From Gemmatimonadaceae bacterium (GTDB lineage Bacteria; Gemmatimonadota; Gemmatimonadetes; Gemmatimonadales; Gemmatimonadaceae): a stretch of 64,000 bases of DNA. The stretch spans positions 1,088,001-1,152,000 of the forward strand of contig JBJMOW010000004.1 of assembly GCA_045803545.1 (NCBI GenBank). The letters run 5' to 3'. This document shows, in pieces, positions 40,031 through 49,263 of this stretch. The notes beneath the pieces are model-generated. The model was not told where the DNA came from, did not search any database, and was given only the letters and a program-made list of their open reading frames with translations. Every line of letters starts with the position of its first letter. Position 1 is the first letter of the stretch. Position numbers and translations under genes: made by a program.

Positions 40031-41484
40031 GCGCTTTCCCCCTCGCGCCTTCCGCCTCCCGCCTCCCGCATCCCCCGTCCGGCGTCTCGCCCCATCCCGA
40101 GCCGCTTCATTCGGCGATAAAGATTAGGCCGGTCGGTTTGAAGCCTGCGCGCTGCGTCGGCGACATTGCCGCTGGCCTCGGCGAGCGCGCGCGCGATCAC
40201 AGTGCGCTCGAAAGTGTCCATTCGGTCCGCAAGCGAAACCGGACCGCGCGCTGCTTCGCTCGTTGCTGCAACTCTATCCCGGGCGTGTGTCGGCGTTGTA
40301 ACAGGCTGCTCCTCTTCGCGATCGACGATCAACACGTCTTCTACCTGCTGGCCCGTCATTTCGGCGCCCGGATGCAGGATCGCGAGTCGTTCTACGATGT
40401 TCGCCAGTTCGCGGACGTTGCCCGGCCACGGATAATCCCGCAACAGCTGCAGGGCGTCGCTTCTCCAGCGCGGCTTCGCCTGTCCCGTTCGCTGCAGGAA
40501 CTGCTCGGAGAAATGCTCGACCAGTTCCAGAATGTCATCGCCACGCTCGCGCAGCGGTGGAATCGCCAGTGGAATCACCTGCAGCCGAAAGAAAAGATCC
40601 TCGCGGAACGTGCTCGCCTTTACCGCGCGCTGGAGATCGTGATTTGTCGCCGAGATGATCCGCACGTCGGTTCTGATTACGCGATTCCCGCCGACCCGTT
40701 GAATCTCCTGTCCCTCGATCGCGCGCAGCAACTTGGCCTGTGCATCCGGGCCGAGATCGCCAACCTCGTCGAGAAAGAGCGTACCGCGATGCGCGAGCTC
40801 GAAGCGCCCGATTCGCATTTGCGTGGCTCCGGTGAACGCGCCCCGCTCATGTCCGAACATCTCGCTCTCGACGAGATCCCTCGGAATCGCGGCGCAGTTC
40901 ACGCGCACAAACGGTTTGTCGCGGCGCGGACTCGCGTCGTGAATGGCGCTTGCGACCAGCTCCTTCCCCGTGCCGGACTCTCCGGTAATCAGAACCCGGG
41001 CATCAGTCGGCGCGACCCGCGCGATGAGCTGCCGCACGCTTCCCATCGCGGGACTATCACCCACCATCTGCCCTGCGAATCCGAGCTCCGCGCGCAGCTG
41101 CCGCGCTACGCGACGAGTCTGTCGAAGCTCCAAGGCCGAGGATACAGCGAGCAGGACGCCTTCAGGCGACAGCGGCTTCTCCAGGAAGTTGAAAGCGCCG
41201 AGCTTGGTCGCCTTTACGGCGTCGGCGAGGCCGGCGCGACCGCTCATCATGATGACGGGGAGGTCCGGCGCGATTTCCCTGAGTCTCGCTAAGGTCGCCA
41301 TGCCGTCGAGATCTCCCGGCATCATCAGGTCGATCAACGCTACGTCGGGCTCGGTCTCCTTCACGCGGGCTACCGCTTCGACACCGCTCGGTGTCTCCGC
41401 GACCTCAAAGCCTTCGACGCTGAGCAGCGCGCCGACCATTCGCCGAATATTCAGCTCATCGTCGGCGATCAGAACTATCGGCAC
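40027..41484 (-). CDS. Sigma-54-dependent response regulator (NtrX/NtrC family)
   Basis: Receiver, GESGTGKE, GAFTGA, FLDEVG, WPGNVREL, Fis HTH. Confidence 0.95.
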   Translation of the reverse strand: MPIVLIADDELNIRRMVGALLSVEGFEVAETPSGVEAVARVKETEPDVALIDLMMPGDLDGMATLARLREIAPDLPVIMMSGRAGLADAVKATKLGAFNFLEKPLSPEGVLLAVSSALELRQTRRVARQLRAELGFAGQMVGDSPAMGSVRQLIARVAPTDARVLITGESGTGKELVASAIHDASPRRDKPFVRVNCAAIPRDLVESEMFGHERGAFTGATQMRIGRFELAHRGTLFLDEVGDLGPDAQAKLLRAIEGQEIQRVGGNRVIRTDVRIISATNHDLQRAVKASTFREDLFFRLQVIPLAIPPLRERGDDILELVEHFSEQFLQRTGQAKPRWRSDALQLLRDYPWPGNVRELANIVERLAILHPGAEMTGQQVEDVLIVDREEEQPVTTPTHARDRVAATSEAARGPVSLADRMDTFERTVIARALAEASGNVADAARRLQTDRPNLYRRMKRLGMGRDAGRGMREAGGGRREGESA

Positions 41485-41784
41485 TCAGGAGCGGTTCTGG
41501 GTGCCGGCGCCGGCGGACGAAGCGGGTGCGATGATCGGGTTCCTTGCTTCGGAGAGCAGCTTGGTTGTGAACCGCTGGCCTTCCGAGATCCGCTCGACCT
41601 CGATTGCTACTGCTTCGATTGCCTGCTCGATGCGCTCGAGTCGACCTGTAACTTCGGGTGGAACGCGCGGATTCTTCGCCTCTGAATCCAGCCGTCGGGT
41701 GTACGCGCGAGCGACGGGAACGCCTATCGCGAGGATGATGGCGGTCGCCATTCCACCGAGCGGAACGACTATCTCTGGTCCCAT
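41485..41784 (-). CDS. Hypothetical single-TM coiled-coil protein, paralog of 9915..10265
   Basis: TM then RLERIEQAIEAVAIEVERISEGQRFTTKLLSE. Confidence 0.8.
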   Translation of the reverse strand: MGPEIVVPLGGMATAIILAIGVPVARAYTRRLDSEAKNPRVPPEVTGRLERIEQAIEAVAIEVERISEGQRFTTKLLSEARNPIIAPASSAGAGTQNRS

Positions 41785-43077
41785 TTATTCTTTCCTCACG
41801 GCGGCGACGCCGTTCGCGGGTATGATGAACTGGATCTCGGTGCCTTCGCCCAGAGTGCTGGTCGCGTTCACCGTTCCATCGTGTGCCCAGATTGCTTGTC
41901 GGGCGATTGCCAAACCTAGTCCAGTTCCACCTGGCTTGTTGGTGACGTACGGCTCCCAGATCGTTTCCAGATGTTGTGACGCGATACCCTTGCCGTTGTC
42001 GGCCACCGAGATTCGTACTGCATCGCGACCGGCCAGTTTGGTCGTGTCGGCTCTCACCGTGATGCGACCGTTCTCCGCGGACGCGTCGACGGCGTTGAGC
42101 AGAACGTTGCTCAGTGCGCCGGTCAGCGCGCCGTTGTTGCCGTAGATGTGCGGCAGATTGGCTTCGATTTGCAGATCGAGGTCAACGCCAGGCGGAACAC
42201 TGCTGCGCGCAGTGTAACGTACCAGCTCACCGATATCGATCTCCGACGCCGGACCCTCAGGCAGGCGTCCAAACTCAGCGAAACTTTTCGCCATGCGATC
42301 CAGGCGATCAGATTCCATCGCTATTACACCCACATCTTCCTGTAGCGCCGAAGGCGCCTGACCGCGCAAGCGCGCCAGCGCGAACCGAATCGGGGTCAAC
42401 GGATTCTTGATCTCGTGCGCAACTCGACGAGCGCTTTCACGGAACGCATGCAGGCGCTCGGCTTCGACCGCCTGTCGCCGACCGTGCTCCAGCTCCGACA
42501 CCATCTCGCGCATGCTGCGACGTAGCGTCTCGAACTCGGGTGCGCCACGCACCCGGCTCTGCGTCACTTGCATCGTCGGACCATCGTCGCCGTTCCGCTC
42601 ATCGTGAGTGACGATGGTTCGCTCAGGCGGCAGTGGCAGTGGCTCCCCGTGTCCGATCAGCTCTGTCCAGCGCACGAGCTCGTCGAGCGGCCGACTCAGT
42701 TGACGGCTCAGATGGCCAGCGACGCGCGACGCGGTTCCGGTCAGAATCAACAGCGCCAGCACCCCGGCGATGGCGATGACACGCACCGTTCGCTCGGCGA
42801 GAAAGCTGTAGCGACGCGCCTGTTCAACCGACACGCGCAACTCTCGCTCGTGAGCGTCGATTGCCCGTTTCTGGGCGGGAGTCAGCTGCGCCTGGCGGGC
42901 AGCGGCGATAGCGCGCTCACCGCTCACGGCGAGGCTGTCCCACGCCGATTGACCCGTGACGAATGGCACTACGCTGCTGACCGTCCCGCCCCACAATAAG
43001 GTCAGGACCAGCGCGGGAACGATCGCGAACAGCGACAGGATCAGCACCAGTCGCGTGCGGAAGCGCAGTTGATTCAT
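41785..43077 (-). CDS. Membrane sensor histidine kinase (HAMP-HisKA-HATPase, NtrY-like)
   Basis: Two TMs, ARRVAHEIKNPLTPI, NAVDA, DNGKG, GGTGLGL. Confidence 0.92.
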   Translation of the reverse strand: MNQLRFRTRLVLILSLFAIVPALVLTLLWGGTVSSVVPFVTGQSAWDSLAVSGERAIAAARQAQLTPAQKRAIDAHERELRVSVEQARRYSFLAERTVRVIAIAGVLALLILTGTASRVAGHLSRQLSRPLDELVRWTELIGHGEPLPLPPERTIVTHDERNGDDGPTMQVTQSRVRGAPEFETLRRSMREMVSELEHGRRQAVEAERLHAFRESARRVAHEIKNPLTPIRFALARLRGQAPSALQEDVGVIAMESDRLDRMAKSFAEFGRLPEGPASEIDIGELVRYTARSSVPPGVDLDLQIEANLPHIYGNNGALTGALSNVLLNAVDASAENGRITVRADTTKLAGRDAVRISVADNGKGIASQHLETIWEPYVTNKPGGTGLGLAIARQAIWAHDGTVNATSTLGEGTEIQFIIPANGVAAVRKE

Positions 43078-43275
43078 GGGCGGTTAGGTATAAATTATAC
43101 CCCGAGGACGCGACTTCGAGGATCAGCAAACGGTCAACAAAAGGTTGACGCGCTCGCATGAACCTGAAGACGCACCGCCTGCGGCGATTGTCGCAGGGAT
43201 GATTCAATGGCGTGCAGCCCACATGGCGAATAATTCGCAGGCACGCAGCCAAGCACTTAGGTAATTCCCAAAAAA

Positions 43276-45036
43276 ATGAGTACACGGCCACATCGGTCCA
43301 ACGCCCACACCGGAGGCGTGCACCGACACGGTCCCCCGGTTCATCGAGGACCACACGCAGTAAAACCGATCCACCGCGGGCCCCAGGCAATGTCGCCCGC
43401 ACAGTCACAAGCCACCCACCACGCACCAAATGCAGCACTGCTCATCGACTTCGACAACGTCACGATGGGCATTCGCTCCGAGCTTCAGACGGAGCTGAAA
43501 AACCTGCTCTCATCCGACATCGTCAAAGGCAAAGTCTCCGTTCAGCGCGCATACGCTGACTGGCGCCGCTATCCGCAATACGTGGTGCCGCTCGCTGAAG
43601 CATCGATCGACATGATCATGGCAACGGCGTACGGATCGGCGAAGAAGAACGCGACGGACATCCGCCTCGCGGTCGACGCAATAGAGCTGGTGTTCACCAG
43701 ACCCGAGATCGGCACGTTCATTCTTCTCTCGGGCGATTCCGATTTCGCCAGCCTCGTCACCAAGCTGAAGGAATACGGCAAATACGTCATCGGTGTGGGC
43801 ATTCGCGAATCATCCAGCGATCTGCTCGTCATGAACTGCGACGAGTACTACAGCTACAACGCACTCGCGGGATTGGTGAAGACCGGCGAAGAGGAAGTCG
43901 TCAAGAAGGATCCGTGGGAGCTCGTCACCGAAGCGATCGAGCGAATGCAGCGGAACAACGACGTCATGCGTGCCGATCGGCTGAAGCAGGTGATGCAGCA
44001 GATGGACAGCTCGTTCGACGAGAAGAATCTTGGCATGTCGAAGTTCTCGCGCTTCGTTACAGAAGCGGCGCACAAAGGCCTGCTGACGCTGACCAAGCTC
44101 GAGAACGGTCAATTCGAGGTCAGCCCGCCGCGCGAGGGCGCCATGCCGGCTGCCCCGACCGCGACGCTTTCCGAGCCCGCCACGGCTCGCGTCGCCGGCG
44201 AGGAAGAGGAGTCAGAACGCGGACGTCGTGGTCGTCGCGGACGTGGACGTGATCGCAATGGTCGCGAGCGTCCGGCCCGCACCGAGGTAGCCCGCCCAGC
44301 CGAAAGCTTAGGCGCGCCGGAAGCCACACGCGCGCCGGAAGTCCCACGAGCGCAAACTCCTGCGGCCCGCGATGAGATCGGATCCGGCGGTCTGCGCCTC
44401 CGCCGCGAGGAAGCATTCGACCTGGTTCGTCGCGCCGTCGGCACCAACGGCGGTTCCCCAATACGCGCCAGTCAGGCTCGCCATGCAGCGCGGGACCTGC
44501 TCGGCAGAGACAGTGAAAGTCTGAACGAGAGGAACTTCATCCGCATCCTGCAGGACGCGCACGACGCAAATGTCGTCGACTTGCGCCGCCGCGGTGAGGA
44601 CTATGAAGTAGCGCCCGCCGCGCAGTCCACATCAGTCAGCGATCAGCTGGTCGCCGCAGAGGGCGGGCGCACGTCGCCACCAGAGACGCAAGCTTCTGCT
44701 GCGTCGCGAGCGCCCGCAATCGGACGCGGTCGTGGACGTGGATCGATTGGCGCGAGGGCAGGCATGGTCCCGCCCGAGCTGCTCTCCATTGGTGTTGTCG
44801 AGAATTCCAGACCGGCGCCCGAGCCCGTAACCGAGCCGAGCGTTCCTGATCTGCCGTTGACTGGCGAGGATGCGCTTGGCGAGCCGGAGCCACAAGCGCG
44901 CTCGACGCGCAAGCGTGCATCGCGTGAATCGAGAGCGGGGCGCGGTCGCAAATCGGCTTCGGCACGAGAGGGAACCGATTCCGCCCCCGTCGCCAAACGC
45001 GCAAGAAAGAGCCGCAGCAAGACCGCCAGCGACTAA
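43276..45036 (+). CDS. NYN domain ribonuclease with OST-HTH/LOTUS domain(s)
   Basis: LIDFDNV, KNATDI.L..D, SGDSDF, CDEYY; SFDEKNLG.SKFS.F LOTUS-like motif. Confidence 0.88.
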   Translation: MSTRPHRSNAHTGGVHRHGPPVHRGPHAVKPIHRGPQAMSPAQSQATHHAPNAALLIDFDNVTMGIRSELQTELKNLLSSDIVKGKVSVQRAYADWRRYPQYVVPLAEASIDMIMATAYGSAKKNATDIRLAVDAIELVFTRPEIGTFILLSGDSDFASLVTKLKEYGKYVIGVGIRESSSDLLVMNCDEYYSYNALAGLVKTGEEEVVKKDPWELVTEAIERMQRNNDVMRADRLKQVMQQMDSSFDEKNLGMSKFSRFVTEAAHKGLLTLTKLENGQFEVSPPREGAMPAAPTATLSEPATARVAGEEEESERGRRGRRGRGRDRNGRERPARTEVARPAESLGAPEATRAPEVPRAQTPAARDEIGSGGLRLRREEAFDLVRRAVGTNGGSPIRASQARHAARDLLGRDSESLNERNFIRILQDAHDANVVDLRRRGEDYEVAPAAQSTSVSDQLVAAEGGRTSPPETQASAASRAPAIGRGRGRGSIGARAGMVPPELLSIGVVENSRPAPEPVTEPSVPDLPLTGEDALGEPEPQARSTRKRASRESRAGRGRKSASAREGTDSAPVAKRARKSRSKTASD

Positions 45037-45037
45037 G

Positions 45038-45709
45038 ATGGCCCGCAGGGAAATCGCGAGCCGGGTAGAGGAATCCACTCTACTCGGCACCCGACCGCGC
45101 GCGGCGTATCGTCGAGGCAAGGTTCTCTCGCGAGACTTCTATAATCGGGAGACTGAGCTAGTTGCGCGCGACATGCTTGGCACTGTGCTCGAGTGCGAAA
45201 CCGACGACGGTGTCGCCAGCGGAATCATCGTCGAGACCGAAGCGTACCTCGGCGAGCATGATCTCGCATGTCACGCAGCCGCCGGTCGTACCGCGCGAAC
45301 CGAGCATCTATACGGTCCGCCCGGCATCGCTTACGTGTACTTCATCTACGGGATGTACTGGTGCTTCAACGCGGTGACGCGAGAAGCCGGCGAGCCAAGC
45401 GCGGTCCTTGTGCGCGCGCTGCAGCCACTCGATGGGATCGCATTGATGCACAGGCGACGTCCCCGCATCAAGAGCGAAACGGATCTCACCAATGGCCCCG
45501 GCAAACTCAGTACAGCGCTGGGAATTGTCGGCTCGATGACCGGAAAGCCGCTCCAGCGGAAACCGCTCGTAATTCGCGAAGGCGAACCTATCGACGACGC
45601 TCTCGTCGAGATCACCACGCGCATCGGCATCACCAAATCCGCCGACTGGCCACTCCGTTATACCATCCGCGGAAACAGGTTCGTCTCGCGGGGAAAACTT
45701 TCCGGCTGA
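45038..45709 (+). CDS. mpg: DNA-3-methyladenine glycosylase (MPG/AAG family)
   Basis: IVETEAY, YVYFIYGMY.C.N, AVLVRA, NGPGKL, RIGI. Confidence 0.93.
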   Translation: MARREIASRVEESTLLGTRPRAAYRRGKVLSRDFYNRETELVARDMLGTVLECETDDGVASGIIVETEAYLGEHDLACHAAAGRTARTEHLYGPPGIAYVYFIYGMYWCFNAVTREAGEPSAVLVRALQPLDGIALMHRRRPRIKSETDLTNGPGKLSTALGIVGSMTGKPLQRKPLVIREGEPIDDALVEITTRIGITKSADWPLRYTIRGNRFVSRGKLSG

Positions 45710-45926
45710 AGGGCTGCGGGAGGAGAGCCAACCAATCGGTCCGAGCTGCGAACTGGTTGCGGGTTGCGTGCTAGCTGCGAGATGAGAGCGTTGCGAGCTT
45801 GGTGCGAACTCAGATGAGACCCGCGGCTGGTTCCTACGCGTAACTAGCTCTCATCCCGCAACTAGCCCGCATCCCGCAACTAGCCCGCAGCTCGCACCAA
45901 TTGGTTGGCTCTCATCCCGCAGCCCT
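45710..45926. repeat. 217-bp palindromic element with 80-bp inverted arms
   Basis: 45710-45789 versus reverse complement of 45847-45926 match at 70/80 ungapped. Confidence 0.88.
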
Positions 45927-45928
45927 CC

Positions 45929-45957
45929 AAAAAAAAGGGCTCCCTTTCGGGAGCCCA
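45929..45957 (-). terminator. Intrinsic terminator
   Basis: GGGCTCCC-GAAA-GGGAGCCC followed by a T run on minus strand. Confidence 0.9.
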
Positions 45958-45985
45958 AGTCCATTGTCGGGTGCGCCAAGAGCTG

Positions 45986-46633
45986 CTAGTCCCGATCGAT
46001 GGAACTGCCAAAGTTCAGACGGATGCCGAACTCGAAGAAGTTGAGCACGCTGTTGAAGAGGAAACTCGGATTGCTGGGAGCGAGGGTTTCCTGGGCGAAG
46101 ATCGCCATGCGGCTCGCCTGGATCTGAATTCCACCGATGCCAACGATTGCGCTGCGGCTGCGTTCTCTCTCGACTTCGTCGAGGAAGGCGTTGCTCGGGA
46201 ATGTGTTCACGCTGTCGACGAAGACTCTCGCGTCGCCAAGCACGGCGATCGTATAGCCGAGACCCGCGTAGGGAGTAATTCCGCCGAAATGTTTCGGAAA
46301 TACGAGAGCACCCAGGGTGATTCTGCGCATGTCATTGACACGAACCGTGCGCTGGCCGCTGTTGGATGACGGATCGAAAAACTCGAGATCCCGCTGGAAG
46401 ATCGACTGGTTGCCTGATACGTAAAGGCCGCCTTTGCTGCGCGTGATCACCCAATCGATGCCGAGGTCGACCGTCGATGTGTTGCCGTGGCCGGGGACCG
46501 AGAAGGTGTTGATTCCGGACTTGAATCCCCAGAACCATGAATTGTCGAAGTTCCGGTTCTCCTGCGCGCGCGCGCTACCGGAAACGACGACCGTGGCGAC
46601 GAGCGCCACGAAGACTGCTCTGAGCTTCTGCAT
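45986..46633 (-). CDS. Hypothetical outer membrane beta-barrel protein
   Basis: Signal peptide ARA-Q; PYAGLG; FGIRLNF terminal strand. Confidence 0.7.
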   Translation of the reverse strand: MQKLRAVFVALVATVVVSGSARAQENRNFDNSWFWGFKSGINTFSVPGHGNTSTVDLGIDWVITRSKGGLYVSGNQSIFQRDLEFFDPSSNSGQRTVRVNDMRRITLGALVFPKHFGGITPYAGLGYTIAVLGDARVFVDSVNTFPSNAFLDEVERERSRSAIVGIGGIQIQASRMAIFAQETLAPSNPSFLFNSVLNFFEFGIRLNFGSSIDRD

Positions 46634-46644
46634 TAAGGCGTCCT

Positions 46645-47850
46645 CTAGATTATGCCTAGCTTTGTCCCGACGCTCTTGAACGCTGCGATTGCCTGGTCCA
46701 GATCGTCGCGTGAATGGGCAGCGCTGAGCTGACAGCGCACACGCGCCTGCCCTTGGGGTACGACCGGAAAGCCGAATCCCGTCACAAAGACGCCTTCATC
46801 CAGCAACATGTCACTCATTTTGATGGCGGTCGCCGTCTCACCCACGATTATAGGGACGATCGGGGTCTCTCCAGGTAGCGGTTTGAACCCCGCTTCGGCG
46901 ATCGCCGCGCGGAAGTAGCGGGTGTTGTCACGCAGCTTACCAACGAGTTCCGGGTGGTTCTCGAGCTGGCGGATCGCCGCCAATGCGCTGCTGGCAACTG
47001 TCGGCGGAAGTGCGTTGGAGAACAGCTGCGGTCGGGAGCGCTGGGTCAGCATGTCGCAGAGAGCGGCCGAGCCCGCCACGAATCCGCCGGCGGCGCCGCC
47101 CAACGCCTTGCCCAATGTCGACGTGATAATGTCGATTTCACCGAGTACGCCGTAATGTTCGGCGGTGCCGCGACCAGTGGCGCCCATTACCCCTGTCCCG
47201 TGAGAATCGTCGACGGCCACGATTGCGTCGTAGTCCTTCGCGATCTGCAGTATCTCAGGCAGCTTGGCCACACTGCCTTCCATCGAGAACACGCCATCCG
47301 TCCAGATAAGACGCCGGCGCGCTGACTTCGCGCTCTCCAGCTTCGCCCGCAAGTCGTCGAGGTCCGAGTGCTGGTAAACTGCGGTGGTGCACTTGGTGAT
47401 TGCCTTTGCCAATCTGATCGAATCGATGATCGAGGCATGGTTGAGCGCATCGGAGACGACGAAATCGTTCTGCTCGATGATGGTGGCTGTCAATCCTTCA
47501 TTGGCGTTCCACGCCGACACGTAGCTCATCGACGCTTCTGTACCGACGAGATCGGCGATCGCCTTCTCGAGCTCGCGGTGAATCTCGAACGTGCCGCAGA
47601 TGAAACGCACACTCGCGGTTCCAGCGCCGTACTTCTCGAGCCCATCGATTCCCGCAGCGACGACCTGCGGATCGTTCGACAGCCCGAGGTAATTATTGGA
47701 TGAGAGGATGACGACTTCGCCGTGTCCTTCCATCTGCACGCGCGCCGCCTGTGGCGAAGCCAGAAAATTCAGCCGCTTGTAAACTTTGTCCGCTTTGAGC
47801 TTCTCGATCGTCGCGTTCAGGTCCGCGTCGAGTTTTTCATTGAGCGCCAC
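46645..47850 (-). CDS. kbl: 2-amino-3-ketobutyrate CoA ligase (glycine C-acetyltransferase)
   Basis: SNNYLGL, SVRFICGT, DGVFSM.G, TLGKALGG; adjacent to tdh. Confidence 0.95.
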   Translation of the reverse strand: MALNEKLDADLNATIEKLKADKVYKRLNFLASPQAARVQMEGHGEVVILSSNNYLGLSNDPQVVAAGIDGLEKYGAGTASVRFICGTFEIHRELEKAIADLVGTEASMSYVSAWNANEGLTATIIEQNDFVVSDALNHASIIDSIRLAKAITKCTTAVYQHSDLDDLRAKLESAKSARRRLIWTDGVFSMEGSVAKLPEILQIAKDYDAIVAVDDSHGTGVMGATGRGTAEHYGVLGEIDIITSTLGKALGGAAGGFVAGSAALCDMLTQRSRPQLFSNALPPTVASSALAAIRQLENHPELVGKLRDNTRYFRAAIAEAGFKPLPGETPIVPIIVGETATAIKMSDMLLDEGVFVTGFGFPVVPQGQARVRCQLSAAHSRDDLDQAIAAFKSVGTKLGII

Positions 47851-47893
47851 TTAGCTCCCCTCAGTTCGTAGTTCGCGCCTCCCGCCTCCCGCC

Positions 47894-48919
47894 CTACGCG
47901 ACCTCAAAGATCACCTTGCCGGCTTCACCCGACTTGATGGCCGCGATTGCAGCGTCGGCTTCACCGAGCGGGAAGCGGTGAGTGATCACGGGCGACGGAT
48001 CGAACTCGCCCGACCGCAGGAATCGGGTCATCTCATGCCAGGTCTCGTACATGCGGCGCCCGACGACACCGTAAATAGTCAGTCCCTTGAAAATGACTTC
48101 AGTCGCGAGATCGAAATCCACTTTCTTTGACGGAATGCCGAGCATTTGTACACGGCCGCCGACGCGCACCAGCGCGAACGCCTGGTGAATCGCTACCGGC
48201 ACACCCGACATCTCGAGCACGACGTCGGCGCCCAGTCCGTCAGTGGCGTTTTTCACCAGATCGACCGCTGCATCAGGATGCACTGCGTGATGCGCTCCCA
48301 TCTTCTTGGCCAGAGCCAGGCGAGTGTCGTTGACGTCAGTGGCGATGATCTGCGATGCGCCTGCCGCCTTGCAGATTCCAACCGCGAAGATCCCGATCGG
48401 ACCGCAACCGGTGATCAGCACCACCGCGCCGGGAATGTCCGCCGTCAACACGGTGTGAAACGCATTGCCCATCGGATCGTGAATGCCGCCGACGTCGTAG
48501 GAGATGTCGTCGTCCAGATGCCAGACATTGGTCGCCGGCATCGAGATGTATTCAGCAAAGCAGCCATCGCGATCCACGCCGATGATCCTGGTGAATGGAC
48601 AGACGTGTGCATTGCCGGTCCGGCATAACAGGCACCGGCCGTCGACGATGTGCCCCTCGGCGGTGACACGGTCGCCTTCCTTGACGTCTGTCACGAGACG
48701 GCCTACTTGAACGACGTCGCCAGCGAACTCATGACCCACGACGAAGGGCGGCTTGCACCTGCCCTTCGCCCACGCGTCCCATTCGTAGATGTGAACATCA
48801 GTGCCGCACACGCCTGCACGCCGCACGCGAATCAGCACTTCGTCCTCGCGGATGCGCGGCTCCGCGACATCCTTCAGCTTGAAACCAGGCGACGCGGATT
48901 CTTTTACCAGCGCTTTCAC
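47894..48919 (-). CDS. tdh: L-threonine 3-dehydrogenase
   Basis: CGTDVHIYEWD, GHE, GCGPIG, GRRMYETW. Confidence 0.95.
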   Translation of the reverse strand: MKALVKESASPGFKLKDVAEPRIREDEVLIRVRRAGVCGTDVHIYEWDAWAKGRCKPPFVVGHEFAGDVVQVGRLVTDVKEGDRVTAEGHIVDGRCLLCRTGNAHVCPFTRIIGVDRDGCFAEYISMPATNVWHLDDDISYDVGGIHDPMGNAFHTVLTADIPGAVVLITGCGPIGIFAVGICKAAGASQIIATDVNDTRLALAKKMGAHHAVHPDAAVDLVKNATDGLGADVVLEMSGVPVAIHQAFALVRVGGRVQMLGIPSKKVDFDLATEVIFKGLTIYGVVGRRMYETWHEMTRFLRSGEFDPSPVITHRFPLGEADAAIAAIKSGEAGKVIFEVA

Positions 48920-49263
48920 GTGCACGTGCTCCGGAGAATACGAGTTTGCTGAGAGCGAAAGTCAAACCTGCTCACTGCGCGACGCTTTTGGAAGTGATCT
49001 CGCGCTCGCGAATCGCATCGTTCACTGCTCGCAATCCAATGCAAGCGTTCGACCAGATGCTGTCGTTGATTTCGATTGAATCGGCGTTTCCGGCATTTCA
49101 CGCACATCTCTTGCATTCGCATGGCGCAACGAGTTTCCGATGTTCGATGTCGACTCGTCAGAGGTGAGTTCCTTGGTAACTCGCGGACATCAGTACGCGA
49201 AGTAGCACTCGCTGACTCGGTCAGGAGTCGGTGAGAGTTCTTACTTCATCGTGGAGAGACAAC

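Noticed and set aside
45710..45926. Internal repeats as a CRISPR array
   Set aside because: No constant repeat with unique spacers; structure is an inverted repeat; no cas genes.
48926..49260. Riboswitch or known ncRNA in the tdh upstream gap
   Set aside because: No recognisable aptamer consensus by eye; an Infernal/Rfam scan would be needed.
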